Shown here: piece by piece, positions 62,357-64,000 of the stretch | How the letters are laid out: each line of letters begins with the position of its first letter | How positions within the stretch are numbered: position 1 is the first letter of the stretch | DNA from: Eledone cirrhosa | Taxonomy: Eukaryota | Length of the DNA: 64,000 nt | Assembly: GCA_964016885.1 (NCBI GenBank) | Contig: OZ024741.1 | Span: 176,948,001 to 177,012,000 of the forward strand | Direction of reading: 5' to 3' | Translations under genes and position numbers: made by a program | Notes under the pieces: generated by a model | The model's input: only the letters and a program-made list of their open reading frames with translations | The model's database searches: none | Told to the model about the DNA's origin: nothing

Positions 62357-64000
62357 AGTTGGAATATTATTATTATCTTCGGACATCTCTAATCTTAAAC
62401 ACTAACGCTCCATATGTTTACACCGAGTTTCATGAATTTCTTAACGAAAGCCGGCGTTATTATTGTTAATATTTAAGCGACCCTTGAATATAAAGTTAGT
62501 TTAAAACCACTCAACGTGTATGAACGGAAATACGTGAGGTGTCTATTTTCGCTGTAGCTTCAGTCATCGGACAAGCATTTTTATTAAATACGTCAACAAT
62601 TTTGATATCTCAATAGGTTTGTGCAGCAGGATAGAACGATGACAGCTCTAGTGATAAAAATAAAACCGTCATTTACCTTGACAATTTCTTTAAGTCAAAG
62701 CGAAAATGTGTTTATTCTAAAGATGTTTCCAAGAAATATAACAAATGCATTGGTGTTCAGTATGATAAGATTGATAATGCTATGGTTAAACACTGCAATG
62801 AAGCGGAAAAGAGCACTGGTATAAACAATAGCAAGAAAAACAAAACCATTAAGACTAATGGGAGATAATACAACAGAAATGGCAACTAGAAAAAATGAAA
62901 GAAAAAGGAACACAATGGGAGTTGGAAAATATTTTTTCGAATGTTACCATTAAGTAGACCAACAAAAATAAGTTTCAGAATGTCAGCAGAATATCGAAGG
63001 GAAAATGTGACAACTCCATCAAAATCATTATCAACATAAAATAAAAATGAAGACATTAAACCTAAAAATGTTGCCTGTCACAAGAAGAAGAGTTAAGGAG
63101 GAAACATTATGATCTGTGAACAAGACATTTTCTTCCACGTTATTCCACTCCATCCAGTTTGCAAACATGATGTGTATCTGTAATTCAAAGAGCCTGCATT
63201 TCTACAGGCTCTATCCTATGGAATCTCTTTTAGAAATGCATTAACCGAATACTTGTATGTAGAATGCCCCGCCAATTGCATGTTTATTATTATAAGCATA
63301 CTGTTCCATTGATCGAAAATCTGTAATAATCGACTTTGGAACCGTGGAAGTCCAACAATAAGAATATATGTGCCCATATACATGCTGAATGCAAGTATGC
63401 TGACCATTGCAGTTTGAATATGTAGGGAAGAATCTATATGAAATAGATATGTGATGAAATGTATATGCAGCATATTGAGAAACTACAAAGAATTTGCAGA
63501 CGTTAAATTGAACGGACTGTTTGTGGATAAATAAATGACAAGTTTTCCAAAGTATATTTCATAAAGCTTAGAATACAAATATAATGGAAATACAATGGCT
63601 ATCAATGCCTGCACCAGAAGTTTGATAGCTATACACCTGGGATATTAAAAGAATAGCGAATGGGAAAGTTATTAACAATGCATGACAAATCCAACGGATA
63701 TGTCTACGTTAGTGTAGGAAAATTGATCCGATTGTTCGATTAGTTACAAATATTCTCTGAAGCAGAACGTTTACAGGTTTTGGTCGAATTTTAAGGGGTT
63801 ATTTAATATTATCTATTAAAAAGAATGTATTTTATGATTAAATAGTTCTGAAAGATGAAGAAAAGGTTAGTGACGAAATAGATACCTATTCATCTGAGTA
63901 CATGATTTAAAGGCAGGTGGGAGATGATCATAGTTACGGAAGATAATCTAATAAAGGATAATTACAGTAAGGATTCTGCAGCTTACATTATTTCTTATGA

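Noticed and set aside
62600-63700. Coding-like stretch near the window end
   Set aside because: Stops in all frames examined, no recognisable domain or consistent splice sites; needs BLASTX.

Overview
AT-rich metazoan intergenic DNA made almost entirely of retroelements and microsatellites; the Meta-type tRNA-SINE and (TA)n load suggest a cephalopod such as Octopus (inference). I found no supportable host gene, and most short ORFs are (TA)n/(CA)n artefacts. The window holds several Penelope-like element (PLE; RT + C-terminal GIY-YIG) families inserted in (TA)n tracts, RTE, R4/Dong and L1/Tx1-type LINE remnants, SINEs and a probable non-autonomous Helitron. The main finding is a non-coding ~473-bp tandem repeat whose monomers each carry a minimal type I hammerhead ribozyme (a non-LTR-retrozyme-like RNA). 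It occurs as a near-identical ~15.6-mer (32577-39987) with a twin-priming-type inversion, and as an older ~2.7-mer fused head-to-head with a PLE (7362-11545). In both arrays a 5' end lies 10-21 nt downstream of the predicted self-cleavage site. At least eight further hammerhead families, including a U3-A8 core variant, sit in PLE 3' ends, many in fold-back or chimeric insertions. All structures were paired by eye and none is experimentally tested.
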